Part shown: positions 20,960 through 30,102 of the stretch, piece after piece
Layout of the letters: the number at the start of each line of letters is the position of its first letter
Position numbering within the stretch: the stretch's first letter is position 1
Source: Thermoproteota archaeon
GTDB lineage: Archaea; Asgardarchaeota; Jordiarchaeia; Jordiarchaeales; Freyrarchaeaceae
Assembly (NCBI GenBank): GCA_029258835.1
Contig: JAPDJY010000034.1
Location: 1 to 64,000, forward strand
DNA: 64,000 nt
Reading direction: 5' to 3'
The notes under the pieces: generated by a model
What the model was told of the DNA's origin: nothing
Database searches by the model: none
Seen by the model: only the letters and a program-made list of their open reading frames with translations
Made by a program: the position numbers and the translations under genes

Positions 20960-21752
20960 GTCTCCTCCCTTCCCTAAACATAGCTATCCTATTAGCGATT
21001 ATAGCTGCCATCGCCCCGCCTCCAAGCCCATTATCTATGTTTACAACAGCAAGTCCAGGAGAACATGATTGAAGCATAGAGATCAGAGCCCCGATCCCTC
21101 CTCCTCCAAGCCCATAACCTGTACTTGTAGGGACCCCTATCACCGGTAAGTCAACTAAACCCGCCACCACGGATGGTAGAGCTCCCTCCATGCCTGCTAC
21201 GACGACTATAACGTCAACCCCAGACTTTACAAATTGCGCCAGCGGTTCGAATAGCCTATGAATCCCTGCCACACCCACATCGTACGCTGTGTAAACTTCA
21301 CATCCCATGCATTCAGCTACTAGCTTTGCTTCCTCTGCTACAGGTATGTCAGCCGTTCCAGCGGTTAGAACGCCAACCTTCCCGCCTGTTCTTGGAGGTT
21401 TGTAATCATCTCGCTGGACGTAGATGGTGCCTACCTCCTCTATAACTTTCCTCCGGTACTTTTCAGCTGAAAACTCTTTTATTAAAGCATCCAAGCTCTC
21501 CCTGTCACACCTCGTAACCACAACGTACCCTTTCTCCTCAACAACTTTTCTTGCTATTTCTAAAAGGTCCATTAAACGTTTACCTGTAGCGTAAACGATC
21601 TCTGGAACGCTTGAACGGTGTTCCCTCCCAACATCTATCTTAGCTATCTCCTTTAACTCCATGACCTGAAACGCTCGAACTATCCGTTCAGCCTCCTCTA
21701 ACCCTAACTCTCCCCTTGCGACCTTCTCGAGAACTTTCCTTAAGGGGTAAAT
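20943..21752 (-). CDS. larB: Nickel pincer cofactor biosynthesis carboxylase/hydrolase (PurE-like); probable ATT start at 21752
   Basis: TAGTADIPVAEEA, DVGVAGIHRL, AGMEGALPSVV, PTSTGYG, VVNIDNG; frame stays open 30 codons above the ATG at 21662 with a LarB-like N-terminus. Confidence 0.92.
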   Translation of the reverse strand: MYPLRKVLEKVARGELGLEEAERIVRAFQVMELKEIAKIDVGREHRSSVPEIVYATGKRLMDLLEIARKVVEEKGYVVVTRCDRESLDALIKEFSAEKYRRKVIEEVGTIYVQRDDYKPPRTGGKVGVLTAGTADIPVAEEAKLVAECMGCEVYTAYDVGVAGIHRLFEPLAQFVKSGVDVIVVVAGMEGALPSVVAGLVDLPVIGVPTSTGYGLGGGGIGALISMLQSCSPGLAVVNIDNGLGGGAMAAIIANRIAMFREGRRHAEDR

Positions 21753-21839
21753 GTTTCTCCCTCCTCATCGCCTCGTCAAAGCCATGTTTAAATTCACCTG
21801 AAAGAACTATTAATGTTGACTGTAGGGGGGACTCAAAAA

Positions 21840-22574
21840 ATGCTCGGTGTTATCTTACTAAGCGGCGGTTTAGACTCCTCGGTTGCCCTGTGGTGGGCTA
21901 AAAAAAGAGGAGGATACGATGAACTACACACATTAACCTTCCTCTACGGCTCAAGGGAAGAAAGGATCGTAAGACAGGTTTGTGAAAAGATTTCGTCCCT
22001 AGCCGGCGTTAAAAAAAACATATTTATTGATCTTCCATGGCTTCGAACATTCTCCCAGATGTCAGGGTCGGCTTTAATTGAGGGAAAAAGTGCTCTTCCA
22101 GAGCCGAAAATGTATGACCTGAAAAACGTTCGAAAACTAAGGGAGACCGCTAAGAGCGTCTGGATCCCCGCAAGGAACCTTTGCTTCATAGCGGTGGCTT
22201 CGGCGTACGCTGAAACACTCGGCGGGGAAGTAGACATAATTACAGGGTTTAACAGGGAGGAAGCGGAAACTTTTCCCGATAATTCTCTCGCTTTCGTTGA
22301 GAAAATGAATGCTGTGCTTGCTATGTCAACGCTTAAGGCGCGTGTGAACTTAAAGGCTCCCCTCATCTCCATGGGTAAAAAGGAAATTTGCTTGCTTGCC
22401 GGTGACCTCAACGTTCCAGTTGAGTTCTCAAACTCATGCTATAACCCCAAGGGGCTAACAGACGATGGAAAACCGGTACATTGTGGCACTTGTGAAAGCT
22501 GTGTGAGGCGGAAACGTGCTTTCCTGGAATCCATCGGCTCTGACCCAACGATTTACAGTTCCTCAACGGTTTAA
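21840..22574 (+). CDS. queC: 7-cyano-7-deazaguanine synthase
   Basis: LSGGLDS PP-loop, WIPARN, FPDNS, SCY...HCGTCESC.RR. Confidence 0.92.
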   Translation: MLGVILLSGGLDSSVALWWAKKRGGYDELHTLTFLYGSREERIVRQVCEKISSLAGVKKNIFIDLPWLRTFSQMSGSALIEGKSALPEPKMYDLKNVRKLRETAKSVWIPARNLCFIAVASAYAETLGGEVDIITGFNREEAETFPDNSLAFVEKMNAVLAMSTLKARVNLKAPLISMGKKEICLLAGDLNVPVEFSNSCYNPKGLTDDGKPVHCGTCESCVRRKRAFLESIGSDPTIYSSSTV

Positions 22575-23497
22575 CCTTCAGCATCCGTGACCGATGCTAG
22601 GTAAACAGCAACTCCAATTAAAACTCCACCAATTAACGTAGGCACCGTCATTTCTTCACCTAAAAACAGGACGGAGACTATGAATGCGAAGACTACCTCT
22701 AGAAGAAATATGACTGCGGCAGCAGATGCGGGGACGAACTCTATACCTCTGAAGTAGAGTATAAAAGCTATTATAGTGCAGAAAACCGCCATGAAAAACA
22801 CCACAACGATGACTGGAAGAGTTGCTATCAACACGGCGTTTCTCAAAGTTACAAGTTTGGGGATAGCAGCGGCTCCTAAGACGAGCGCCGTGTAAATTAT
22901 AACTGAAAACGTTAAGTCTAACTGTGAAAATCTCTCAGGGCTATTCATCGTCAAAACCTTCTTCGATAAAACTATGTAAAATGCCCAGATGACGCCTGCA
23001 GATAAAACTGCCAAGTTACCTAAAAGTTCACCGATCCAGAAAGGCTTACCAATGTGGGGTACAATTGTTAGCAATGCCACCCCGATAAGGCTTAACGCTA
23101 TGGCTACCCCCATTCTTTTTCCGATCTTCTCCCCAAGAAAGAAGAATGAAAGCACCGCCACAACTATAACGTTAACGTTAACAAGTAGTGAAGCTAACCC
23201 TGCAGCCGTATGTTCCATCCCTACAAATTGCATTAGAAACGCTGCGGCGTTTAGAGAGCCGAGGACTAAAACTTCACGTTTACGCATTGCAAGAGAAAAC
23301 CCTTCGGTTCCTCGAAATCTGACTACTGGAATTAGAAGTACTGCTGCAAGAAGGAACCTGAGAAAGACCAAGGTGTACGGGTCTAAGTATTCCAGTCCAA
23401 CCTTAACGGCTGGGAACGAAGCCCCCCATATCAGCGACGCCGCCATCAGCTCAAAGACCGCTATGGAGTACTTGTTCCTCACGCTCATTACCATCAC
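22571..23497 (-). CDS. EamA/DMT family transporter
   Basis: About 10 hydrophobic segments; IWGASF, FLRFLLA and twice FLGE repeat pattern. Confidence 0.9.
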   Translation of the reverse strand: MMVMSVRNKYSIAVFELMAASLIWGASFPAVKVGLEYLDPYTLVFLRFLLAAVLLIPVVRFRGTEGFSLAMRKREVLVLGSLNAAAFLMQFVGMEHTAAGLASLLVNVNVIVVAVLSFFFLGEKIGKRMGVAIALSLIGVALLTIVPHIGKPFWIGELLGNLAVLSAGVIWAFYIVLSKKVLTMNSPERFSQLDLTFSVIIYTALVLGAAAIPKLVTLRNAVLIATLPVIVVVFFMAVFCTIIAFILYFRGIEFVPASAAAVIFLLEVVFAFIVSVLFLGEEMTVPTLIGGVLIGVAVYLASVTDAEG

Positions 23498-23627
23498 TCG
23501 CTTAACCGCTTACTTAGGCTAGTCCTTGATGTCTAAAGACTCGAGAGACTCCTCTTAAAGCTTTGACAGAGGAAAAGAAAATGCCCCTCCTAAAAATACC
23601 TATATAGCCTTTCCGTCCACACAGTTT

Positions 23628-24994
23628 TCACGCCGTCCCTTCTCTCCAACCCTTCAGGTAAGCCACCTGTTCCTCCGTCAGTCTTTCAAGCTCTATACCA
23701 AGAGCCTTACACTTCAATTCTGCTACAGTCATATCTATTTCCTTAGGTATGTCTAGCACCACGTTTCCAGCCTTCCCAAGTTCTTCTCTATTTTTAACGA
23801 TCCATTCGACAGCCAGCGCCTGGTCGCTGAAGCTCATATCCATTACCGAGCTGGGATGCCCCTCAGCTGCGACAAGGTTTACTAGTCGTCCTTGGGCAAG
23901 TAAGTAAAGTCTTCTACCGTTTCTTAACGTGTACTCCTCGACGTTAGGACGTATCTCCTCCTTCTTAACGGAGAGCTCCTCCAAGTCCTTTACATTGATC
24001 TCCACATCAAAATGTCCTGCATTAGCTAAGATCGCCCCATCCTTCATTTTCTCCATGTGTTCCTTCCTTATCACATCCTTACATCCAGTCGCGGTGATGA
24101 ATATGTCGCCTATTTCAGCTGCCCTATGCATTGGCATTACATCTATTCCTTCAAGAGCTGCGGTGAGAGCCCTATGAGGATTTATTTCACTTACTATAAC
24201 CCTCCTAGCGCCGAGACCCTTAGCGCGGAGAGCTATTCCGCGTCCGCAATGGCCATACCCTGCCACCACGACAACCTTACCTGCTATTAGCTCCGACGTC
24301 GCCCTCATTATGCCATCAAGTGTGGACTGCCCGGTCCCCCATATATTATCGAATTTGGGCCCCTCTAAAGGGAGGTTTCCCATTTTGTGGGGGTGTCGTT
24401 CGTGGCAAGTATCGGGTAAGGAAGAGTGCCCTCCTCAGCCATGGCTCTAAGACGTATAACTCCAGTAGTCGTCTCCTCAGCTCCACCCCAAACACTACTC
24501 CACCAGTTCCCCTCTTCTCCAATAACTCCCTTAACTATCTCCACTTCCGCTCCGCTCTCTCCGTGTTTAAGCTTAGCTATCGTTGAAACAAGATCTGCTC
24601 CGTCATCTAACGTCACGTTAGGCTTAGCCTTGATCACGTTGCCTATCGCTCTATAGTACCCTTCAGTATCCATCCCATACCATGCAAAGGTGTGGATTCC
24701 ATCCTCAACCAGCGCAGCTGCGACATGGTCTTGCGTTGATAACGGGTTTGACGCGCACAAGTATACTTCGGCACCCCCAGCACGCAGCGTCCTAACTAGA
24801 ACGGCTGTCTCCTTCGTGACGTGCAAGCATGCCCCGACGACAACTCCTTCTAACGGCCTTTCTGAAGAAAACCTCTCTTTGATCATCCGCAGAACAGGCA
24901 TGTGGTTTTCAGCCCATCTAATAGCTTTCCTCCCTTCTGACGCTAAGCTTAGGTCTCGAATTTCATATTTTTCTCCTCTCTGAGTCTGAACCAA
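23628..24994 (-). CDS. ahcY: S-adenosylhomocysteine hydrolase; two exons (24994-24377, 24353-23628), 447 aa after splicing
   Basis: [27 protein letters not shown] in exon 1; [39 protein letters not shown] in exon 2; exons are 618 and 726 nt, both multiples of 3. Confidence 0.93.
24354..24376 (-). other. Putative 23-nt BHB-type (HBh') intron in ahcY mRNA
   Basis: UGGG-AA/A-CCUC-ccuuuaga-GGGG-CCCA-AA/U; cuts after the 2nd nt of each bulge join TGG GAA to TTC GAT AAT. Confidence 0.85.
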
Positions 24995-25236
24995 GATCCA
25001 CCATCTCCTATAATTTAATCTCTCTAACCCCTCAAATGAGACCCCTTTAAATTTTTCGTGTTTATTTAACCATTCTAATTTATTTCCTCCAAGTTTTTTC
25101 TTTAAGCACTCCCATCTTGTTCTGTACCGGAATGCGAGCTGTTCAGCAAATAACCTTCCACTTATTAGGAACCTCAGGTAGCGTATGGATCATGGCAGCT
25201 TTAAAGTCGTGTGAACCTCTGTTTTTAAGTGCTCCG

Positions 25237-26913
25237 CTACTCTATAGCGATCCTCCCTTCTTCCAACGCTTTTATTTCCTCTTCTACTTCTCTCTCCGTC
25301 ATCTTTCTAAAGAGTGGTTTCGGCTTGTTAATTTTGTGTCCTGCCTTCACGCTGAGCTCCTTGGCGGTATCCCAGTTTCCCGGCTTTACGTTCATCATCT
25401 CAAATATCTTCTCGGCTGATGCTGGTATAATAGGGTAAAGGCATATTGCAGCTGAGTAAAGGAAGTTTGCACAGATGTAGAGGGGGGTGGCTGCATCCCC
25501 TCCTTTCTTCACCGCTTCCCAAGGGGCTTTGACGGTGAAGTAGCTGTTTGCAGCTTTGAATGCTTCAAGAATACGCCTAATTACCTTTGAGAAGTCGCAT
25601 TTCTCGTACTCTGCCTCCACCTCCTCCACCATCCTCCTGACCTCAGACAAGAACTCTTTATCTCTCTCGTCTAGCTCTCTAGGCTTAGGGACTTCCCCCT
25701 CAAACCACCTTGAAATAAACGTTAAAACACGATGGACAAAGTTTCCCACGTTGTCCACGAGATCCCCGTTAATCTTGCCCATGAACTCCTTCCAGCTGAA
25801 GTCGTTATCACTTACACTATTAGACGCTTTAGAAGACAAGTAAAATCTAATGTAGTCCGCCGGGAACCTGTCGAGCACGTGCCTCAATGGAATAAGCCAT
25901 CTTCTACTTTTGCTCATTTTTCTCCCTTCAAGGGTTAGATACCCATTTACAACGTACTTTCCCGGAAGCGTGTAGTCGCCGACTCCCATCAGCATGGCAG
26001 GCCAGAAGAGGAGGTGATGATAAACGATATCTTTCCCTATGAAATGCACTATTAAGCAGTCTCCCATCCAGTAGTCCTTCCAGTTTCTCCCAGTTCTTTC
26101 ACTCCAATTTATGGTTGACGCAATATACCCCAAAGGAGCGTCAAACCAAACGTAAACATACTGGTTCTCCTTAGCGTCATCATATGGCAACCTGAAACCC
26201 CAGTAATCCTCCCTTGTTATATCCCAGTCCTGAAGTCCGTCTCTAATCCACTGTACAACGTAGTTGACGACGTCCCTTGGGAAGTCCTCTCGCCTCTTAG
26301 AGGTAAGCCAGCTCTGGAGCCTTTCAGAAAAAGCGCTTAGCTTAAAGATGAAGTGTTCCTCCTCCCTCTCCGATGGAGGACTACCACATAAAACACAGTA
26401 TGGTTCAAGGATCTTTCCCGGCTCAATAGTCCTTCCGCAAACCTCGCATGAGTCACTGTACTGTTCCCTTGCTCCACAATAAGGACAGCGACCCTTAATC
26501 ATCCTGTCGGGGAGGTACATTTTATCGGTTTCACAATAGAAAAGCTTAACTCTCTTCTTGTAAATATATCCGTTCTCCCTAAGTTTAATCAAGAATTCCT
26601 CGGTGAGCTTCCTATTTTCCTCACTATGCGTCCGATGGTAATTGTCAAAGGAGACCTCCAAGTCCTTTAAATCCCTGAGCTGCCTCTCCCTGAAGTAGTT
26701 AACGTGCTCTAGAGGAGTGCGTCCAGCATCCCTAGCGGCGACAGAGACAGGGGTTCCATGCTCGTCGCTGCCACAAACGAAAACTACATCTAAACCCTTT
26801 AACCTGCAAAAGCGGGAGTACACGTCGGCTGGAATGTAGGTGCTAAATGCATGGCCAAGGTGAAGATCCGAATTAGCGTAGGGCAAAGCAGCCGTGACCA
26901 GTACTCGTTGCAT
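25237..26913 (-). CDS. metG: Methionine--tRNA ligase (no C-terminal dimerisation domain)
   Basis: ALPYAN..HLGH, GSDEHGTP, zinc knuckles, YVWFDA, GKDIVYHH, KMSKS. Confidence 0.96.
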   Translation of the reverse strand: MQRVLVTAALPYANSDLHLGHAFSTYIPADVYSRFCRLKGLDVVFVCGSDEHGTPVSVAARDAGRTPLEHVNYFRERQLRDLKDLEVSFDNYHRTHSEENRKLTEEFLIKLRENGYIYKKRVKLFYCETDKMYLPDRMIKGRCPYCGAREQYSDSCEVCGRTIEPGKILEPYCVLCGSPPSEREEEHFIFKLSAFSERLQSWLTSKRREDFPRDVVNYVVQWIRDGLQDWDITREDYWGFRLPYDDAKENQYVYVWFDAPLGYIASTINWSERTGRNWKDYWMGDCLIVHFIGKDIVYHHLLFWPAMLMGVGDYTLPGKYVVNGYLTLEGRKMSKSRRWLIPLRHVLDRFPADYIRFYLSSKASNSVSDNDFSWKEFMGKINGDLVDNVGNFVHRVLTFISRWFEGEVPKPRELDERDKEFLSEVRRMVEEVEAEYEKCDFSKVIRRILEAFKAANSYFTVKAPWEAVKKGGDAATPLYICANFLYSAAICLYPIIPASAEKIFEMMNVKPGNWDTAKELSVKAGHKINKPKPLFRKMTEREVEEEIKALEEGRIAIE

Positions 26914-27119
26914 CTGAACCCCCCATCTCTTACGGACAGTCACCCAACACCACGCAGCATTTCCTTTTAAGCATTATCACGGATTTATGATGAAATAAAT
27001 TTCTTCCACCTTTAACCATTTATAAAACGAGACCTCTCAGCTTCACTCTCGGTAGTTAAACTTTTAAATCCCTTTAAAGTAACTGGAAATTAAGAGTACC
27101 GGGATTGGTGAAGGATAAA

Positions 27120-27524
27120 ATGCCAAGAGAATTCACTTACAAGGGTTATACACTTGAAGAGCTTCAAAGGATGCCTATGGATGAGTTCATAAACTTGCTT
27201 CCGGCAAGGCAGAGGAGAAGCCTAACCAGAGGGCTCCCGCCAAGACACAAGAAACTTTTAGAGAAGATTAGGAGAGCCAAAAGGGCGCTTAAAAAAGGGA
27301 AAAAGGTTGTTGTGAGGACGCACAACAGAGACATGATAATTCTACCGGAAATGGTGGGTCTAACGATCGCTGTTTACAATGGTAAGGAGTTCATACCCAT
27401 AGAGATCAGACCTGAAATGATAGGGCATTACCTAGGCGAATTCTCTATTACATGTAAACAAGTTAAACATGGAGCACCAGGGGTCGGGGCAACTCGGTCA
27501 TCAATGTATGTGCCGTTAAAGTAG
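27120..27524 (+). CDS. rps19p: 30S ribosomal protein uS19
   Basis: [54 protein letters not shown]. Confidence 0.98.
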   Translation: MPREFTYKGYTLEELQRMPMDEFINLLPARQRRSLTRGLPPRHKKLLEKIRRAKRALKKGKKVVVRTHNRDMIILPEMVGLTIAVYNGKEFIPIEIRPEMIGHYLGEFSITCKQVKHGAPGVGATRSSMYVPLK

Positions 27525-27656
27525 TTTTCCACCCGATGGCTTCAAAACGACGTCTTCCTTCTCTTCAGATCCATCTAAAGTCTGCTTGAAAAAGGAGATA
27601 AGCAAGTACTTATTCTGAAATGGTTACGTCTTTTTTGCCTTCTATGCTTAAACTAT

Positions 27657-28817
27657 TCATACTTTTGAAAGTGCATCTGCACTTCTTACCTTCCCAACTA
27701 GCTTTGACACGCCTGGGTCTACTCCTCTTAGAAGTGCAAGGTAATACGCTTGCCACTCTAATGGTATCATGTATATTGAGGGTGTTAAGAGGTTGCCCAC
27801 GTTATCGGGAGGAAATCTAGCTCTTTCGTCTATTTGGCTTGGTGAGACTTCAAGCATTCTCTCGGCTCCCGCTTGCCGCGTCCACAGCTTCTTGACAAGC
27901 TGGAAGGCCTCCAAGGATTGCCTGCAGCCTTCTGGAGGCCTGAGTACTATGAGCGGCTTCTTCCTTCTATTCTCCTCTTCAAGCGTTTCTATGAGGGAAT
28001 GGACGAATTCCTCCATTCTGGCGTCGCAAGCGTCTGCTTTTACTCCCTCCATAAGCATGATGAGAGCATGCTTCCTAGCTATAGGATACCGTACACCGTC
28101 TCCCATTACATAGAACATTTCATCCACATACTTAACTCCCCATTCCGCCGCCGCCTTACCCCAGTCTATCATCCTGTTAGACCCGCTAAGCCGGTCTATT
28201 AGATCTGGCACGACGTTCTTTTGATATCTCAACGCGTCTTCCACCGAAGCATTCCCATCGCTTTCTCTTGCTATCAACTCTAAGGTTAAAATGTTTAAAA
28301 CCGCGAGTGTGGAGTGGAAGGTTCCGGTGGATGGTAAGGGCTTCTCTGGGTACGGCTTGGTTCTGGTGCGAATAACGTAGCCTCCCTCTTCCTCCAGATC
28401 TAAAAGAGACCTCTTCTCTGGTTTCTCCCATCTGTTCGTTATTGCTACGCATATAGCTCCTCTCGATAAGCAGACATCCATCGCGTCTAAGGTATCCTTC
28501 GTAGTTCCCGACTGAGAGAGTAATATCACTAGGGTTTCGCTGTCAACCCATCTCGGCGGGTTGTCAGCCAGCATTCTAGAGTGAACCGTTTTGGCGGGTA
28601 TCCCTGAGAATGCATCCCATAGGAATTCGGTAATCATAGGTATAAGGTACTTGTCTCCAGCCCCAGTCATAATAACTTTCTTAAAGGTGACGCCCTCGGC
28701 AACTTCGATAACTTTCTTATATGACTCCTTTATGGACTGTTTAACACTCTCCCCTTGTAGGAGGATGGCTTCCTTCATTCCTGTTGAATCTAACCTTTCA
28801 AGCTCCCTCCAGTCCAA
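27657..28817 (-). CDS. Double SIS-domain sugar-phosphate isomerase/deaminase-like protein
   Basis: TGAGD, LSQSGTTKDT, EEFVH, LALLRGVDP; GlmS-like isomerase part with no glutaminase domain. Confidence 0.75.
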   Translation of the reverse strand: MDWRELERLDSTGMKEAILLQGESVKQSIKESYKKVIEVAEGVTFKKVIMTGAGDKYLIPMITEFLWDAFSGIPAKTVHSRMLADNPPRWVDSETLVILLSQSGTTKDTLDAMDVCLSRGAICVAITNRWEKPEKRSLLDLEEEGGYVIRTRTKPYPEKPLPSTGTFHSTLAVLNILTLELIARESDGNASVEDALRYQKNVVPDLIDRLSGSNRMIDWGKAAAEWGVKYVDEMFYVMGDGVRYPIARKHALIMLMEGVKADACDARMEEFVHSLIETLEEENRRKKPLIVLRPPEGCRQSLEAFQLVKKLWTRQAGAERMLEVSPSQIDERARFPPDNVGNLLTPSIYMIPLEWQAYYLALLRGVDPGVSKLVGKVRSADALSKV

Positions 28818-28929
28818 TGCAACTCCTCCATCATAATTTCACTTCAAGCAAACACTATTAACTTTTTTATACCTGAAATCATTTTTGAATTAACTAACAC
28901 CTTCTATCAAGAAGGCTTGAGGGTTCGTC

Positions 28930-30102
28930 TTGAAAGCCGTAGTACTGGCTGCGGGTAAGGGTACTCGCATGCGCCCCCTCACCTTCACCCGTCCAAAACA
29001 CATGCTTCCCGTAGCCGGCAAGCCAATCTTAGAACACATAATAAACTTTCTAAGAGTTGGGAAAATAAAGGATATCGTGATAGTTGTTGGCTCTGAAAAC
29101 GAGTTCATAATGGATTACTTTGGAGATGGCTCCCGCTTTGACGTTAACATAGATTATGTTGAACAGCGAAAGCCCCTAGGACTGGCTCACGCCGTTTCAG
29201 CAGCCCAAGACCTCCTTAAAGGAGAGGAAAGATTTGTAACTGTTCTAGGTGACGTGCTACTCAAGCTAAATCTAAAGGATATGATCTCCTTCCACTTAAA
29301 AAAAGAAGCTAAGGCAACCATAGCAGTCTCGGAAGCAGTCGACCCTACTCCCTTCGGAGTAGTTAAAGTCGTGGATGGCTTCAGAGTTGAGAAACTAGTG
29401 GAAAAGCCGAAAGTCCCCCCGTCAAATCTTATAATTGCCGGATTATACATCTTTGAACATGAGCTATGGGAGTGCATAGACGACTTAAAGCCGTCTTGGA
29501 GGGGGGAGTACGAGCTAACTGATGCTATCCAGCTCATGGTGGAACGTGGCTACCCGGTTTACGGATACCTAACCAAGAAGTGGTGGAAGGATACTGGGAG
29601 GCCAACAGACCTTCTAGAAGCAAGCCAGAAGTTCCTCTCAGAACTCTCAGAATTCTACGTCTTAGGTGAAGTCCAGAAAAACGTGGAGATCCGTGGTCCG
29701 GTTCAGATAGGACGCGACAGCATAATATATGAGGGAGCTAGGATCTTCGGCCCTGTAGTCATAGGGGATAAATGTGAAATAGGGCCAGGTTGCATCATCG
29801 GTCCAAACGTGGACATTGGAGGAGACGTCCGCCTCATAGAAAACGTAACTCTAAAGAATGCGATAATAATGTCTCGCACATTCATATCGAACAATGCATT
29901 CATCACTGATAGTGTGATAGGAGAGGACTGCAAAATAGGGTCAGGGGTAAGGGCGGTAGGGGACGGGAAAACTTTCGGCGTCGTGATAGGGGACAACTCT
30001 GTTATAGGCCCAGGAATAGTTTTCTCTCCGGGTAGCATGCTTGGACCAAACTCGTCGGTGCGATTAAAGTGGCAGGTGAACGATGACGATGCTATCAGGT
30101 AA
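28930..30102 (+). CDS. Sugar-1-phosphate nucleotidylyltransferase (RmlA/GlmU-like with hexapeptide tail)
   Basis: LAAGKGTRMRPLT..PK, LGLAHAV, VEKP, RGEYELTDA, WKDTG, C-terminal left-handed beta-helix repeats. Confidence 0.9.
   Translation: MKAVVLAAGKGTRMRPLTFTRPKHMLPVAGKPILEHIINFLRVGKIKDIVIVVGSENEFIMDYFGDGSRFDVNIDYVEQRKPLGLAHAVSAAQDLLKGEERFVTVLGDVLLKLNLKDMISFHLKKEAKATIAVSEAVDPTPFGVVKVVDGFRVEKLVEKPKVPPSNLIIAGLYIFEHELWECIDDLKPSWRGEYELTDAIQLMVERGYPVYGYLTKKWWKDTGRPTDLLEASQKFLSELSEFYVLGEVQKNVEIRGPVQIGRDSIIYEGARIFGPVVIGDKCEIGPGCIIGPNVDIGGDVRLIENVTLKNAIIMSRTFISNNAFITDSVIGEDCKIGSGVRAVGDGKTFGVVIGDNSVIGPGIVFSPGSMLGPNSSVRLKWQVNDDDAIR

Noticed and set aside
24481-24590. In-frame insertions in AhcY exon 1 (and the MtnA C-terminal region) as hidden introns
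   Set aside because: I saw no self-complementarity in these stretches; they are most likely protein loop insertions.
23628-24994. ahcY as a pseudogene, two-subunit enzyme or programmed frameshift
   Set aside because: A frameshift would leave about 7-8 extra residues between catalytic Lys and Asp. Both halves are otherwise intact, and the insert boundaries match BHB cut geometry.
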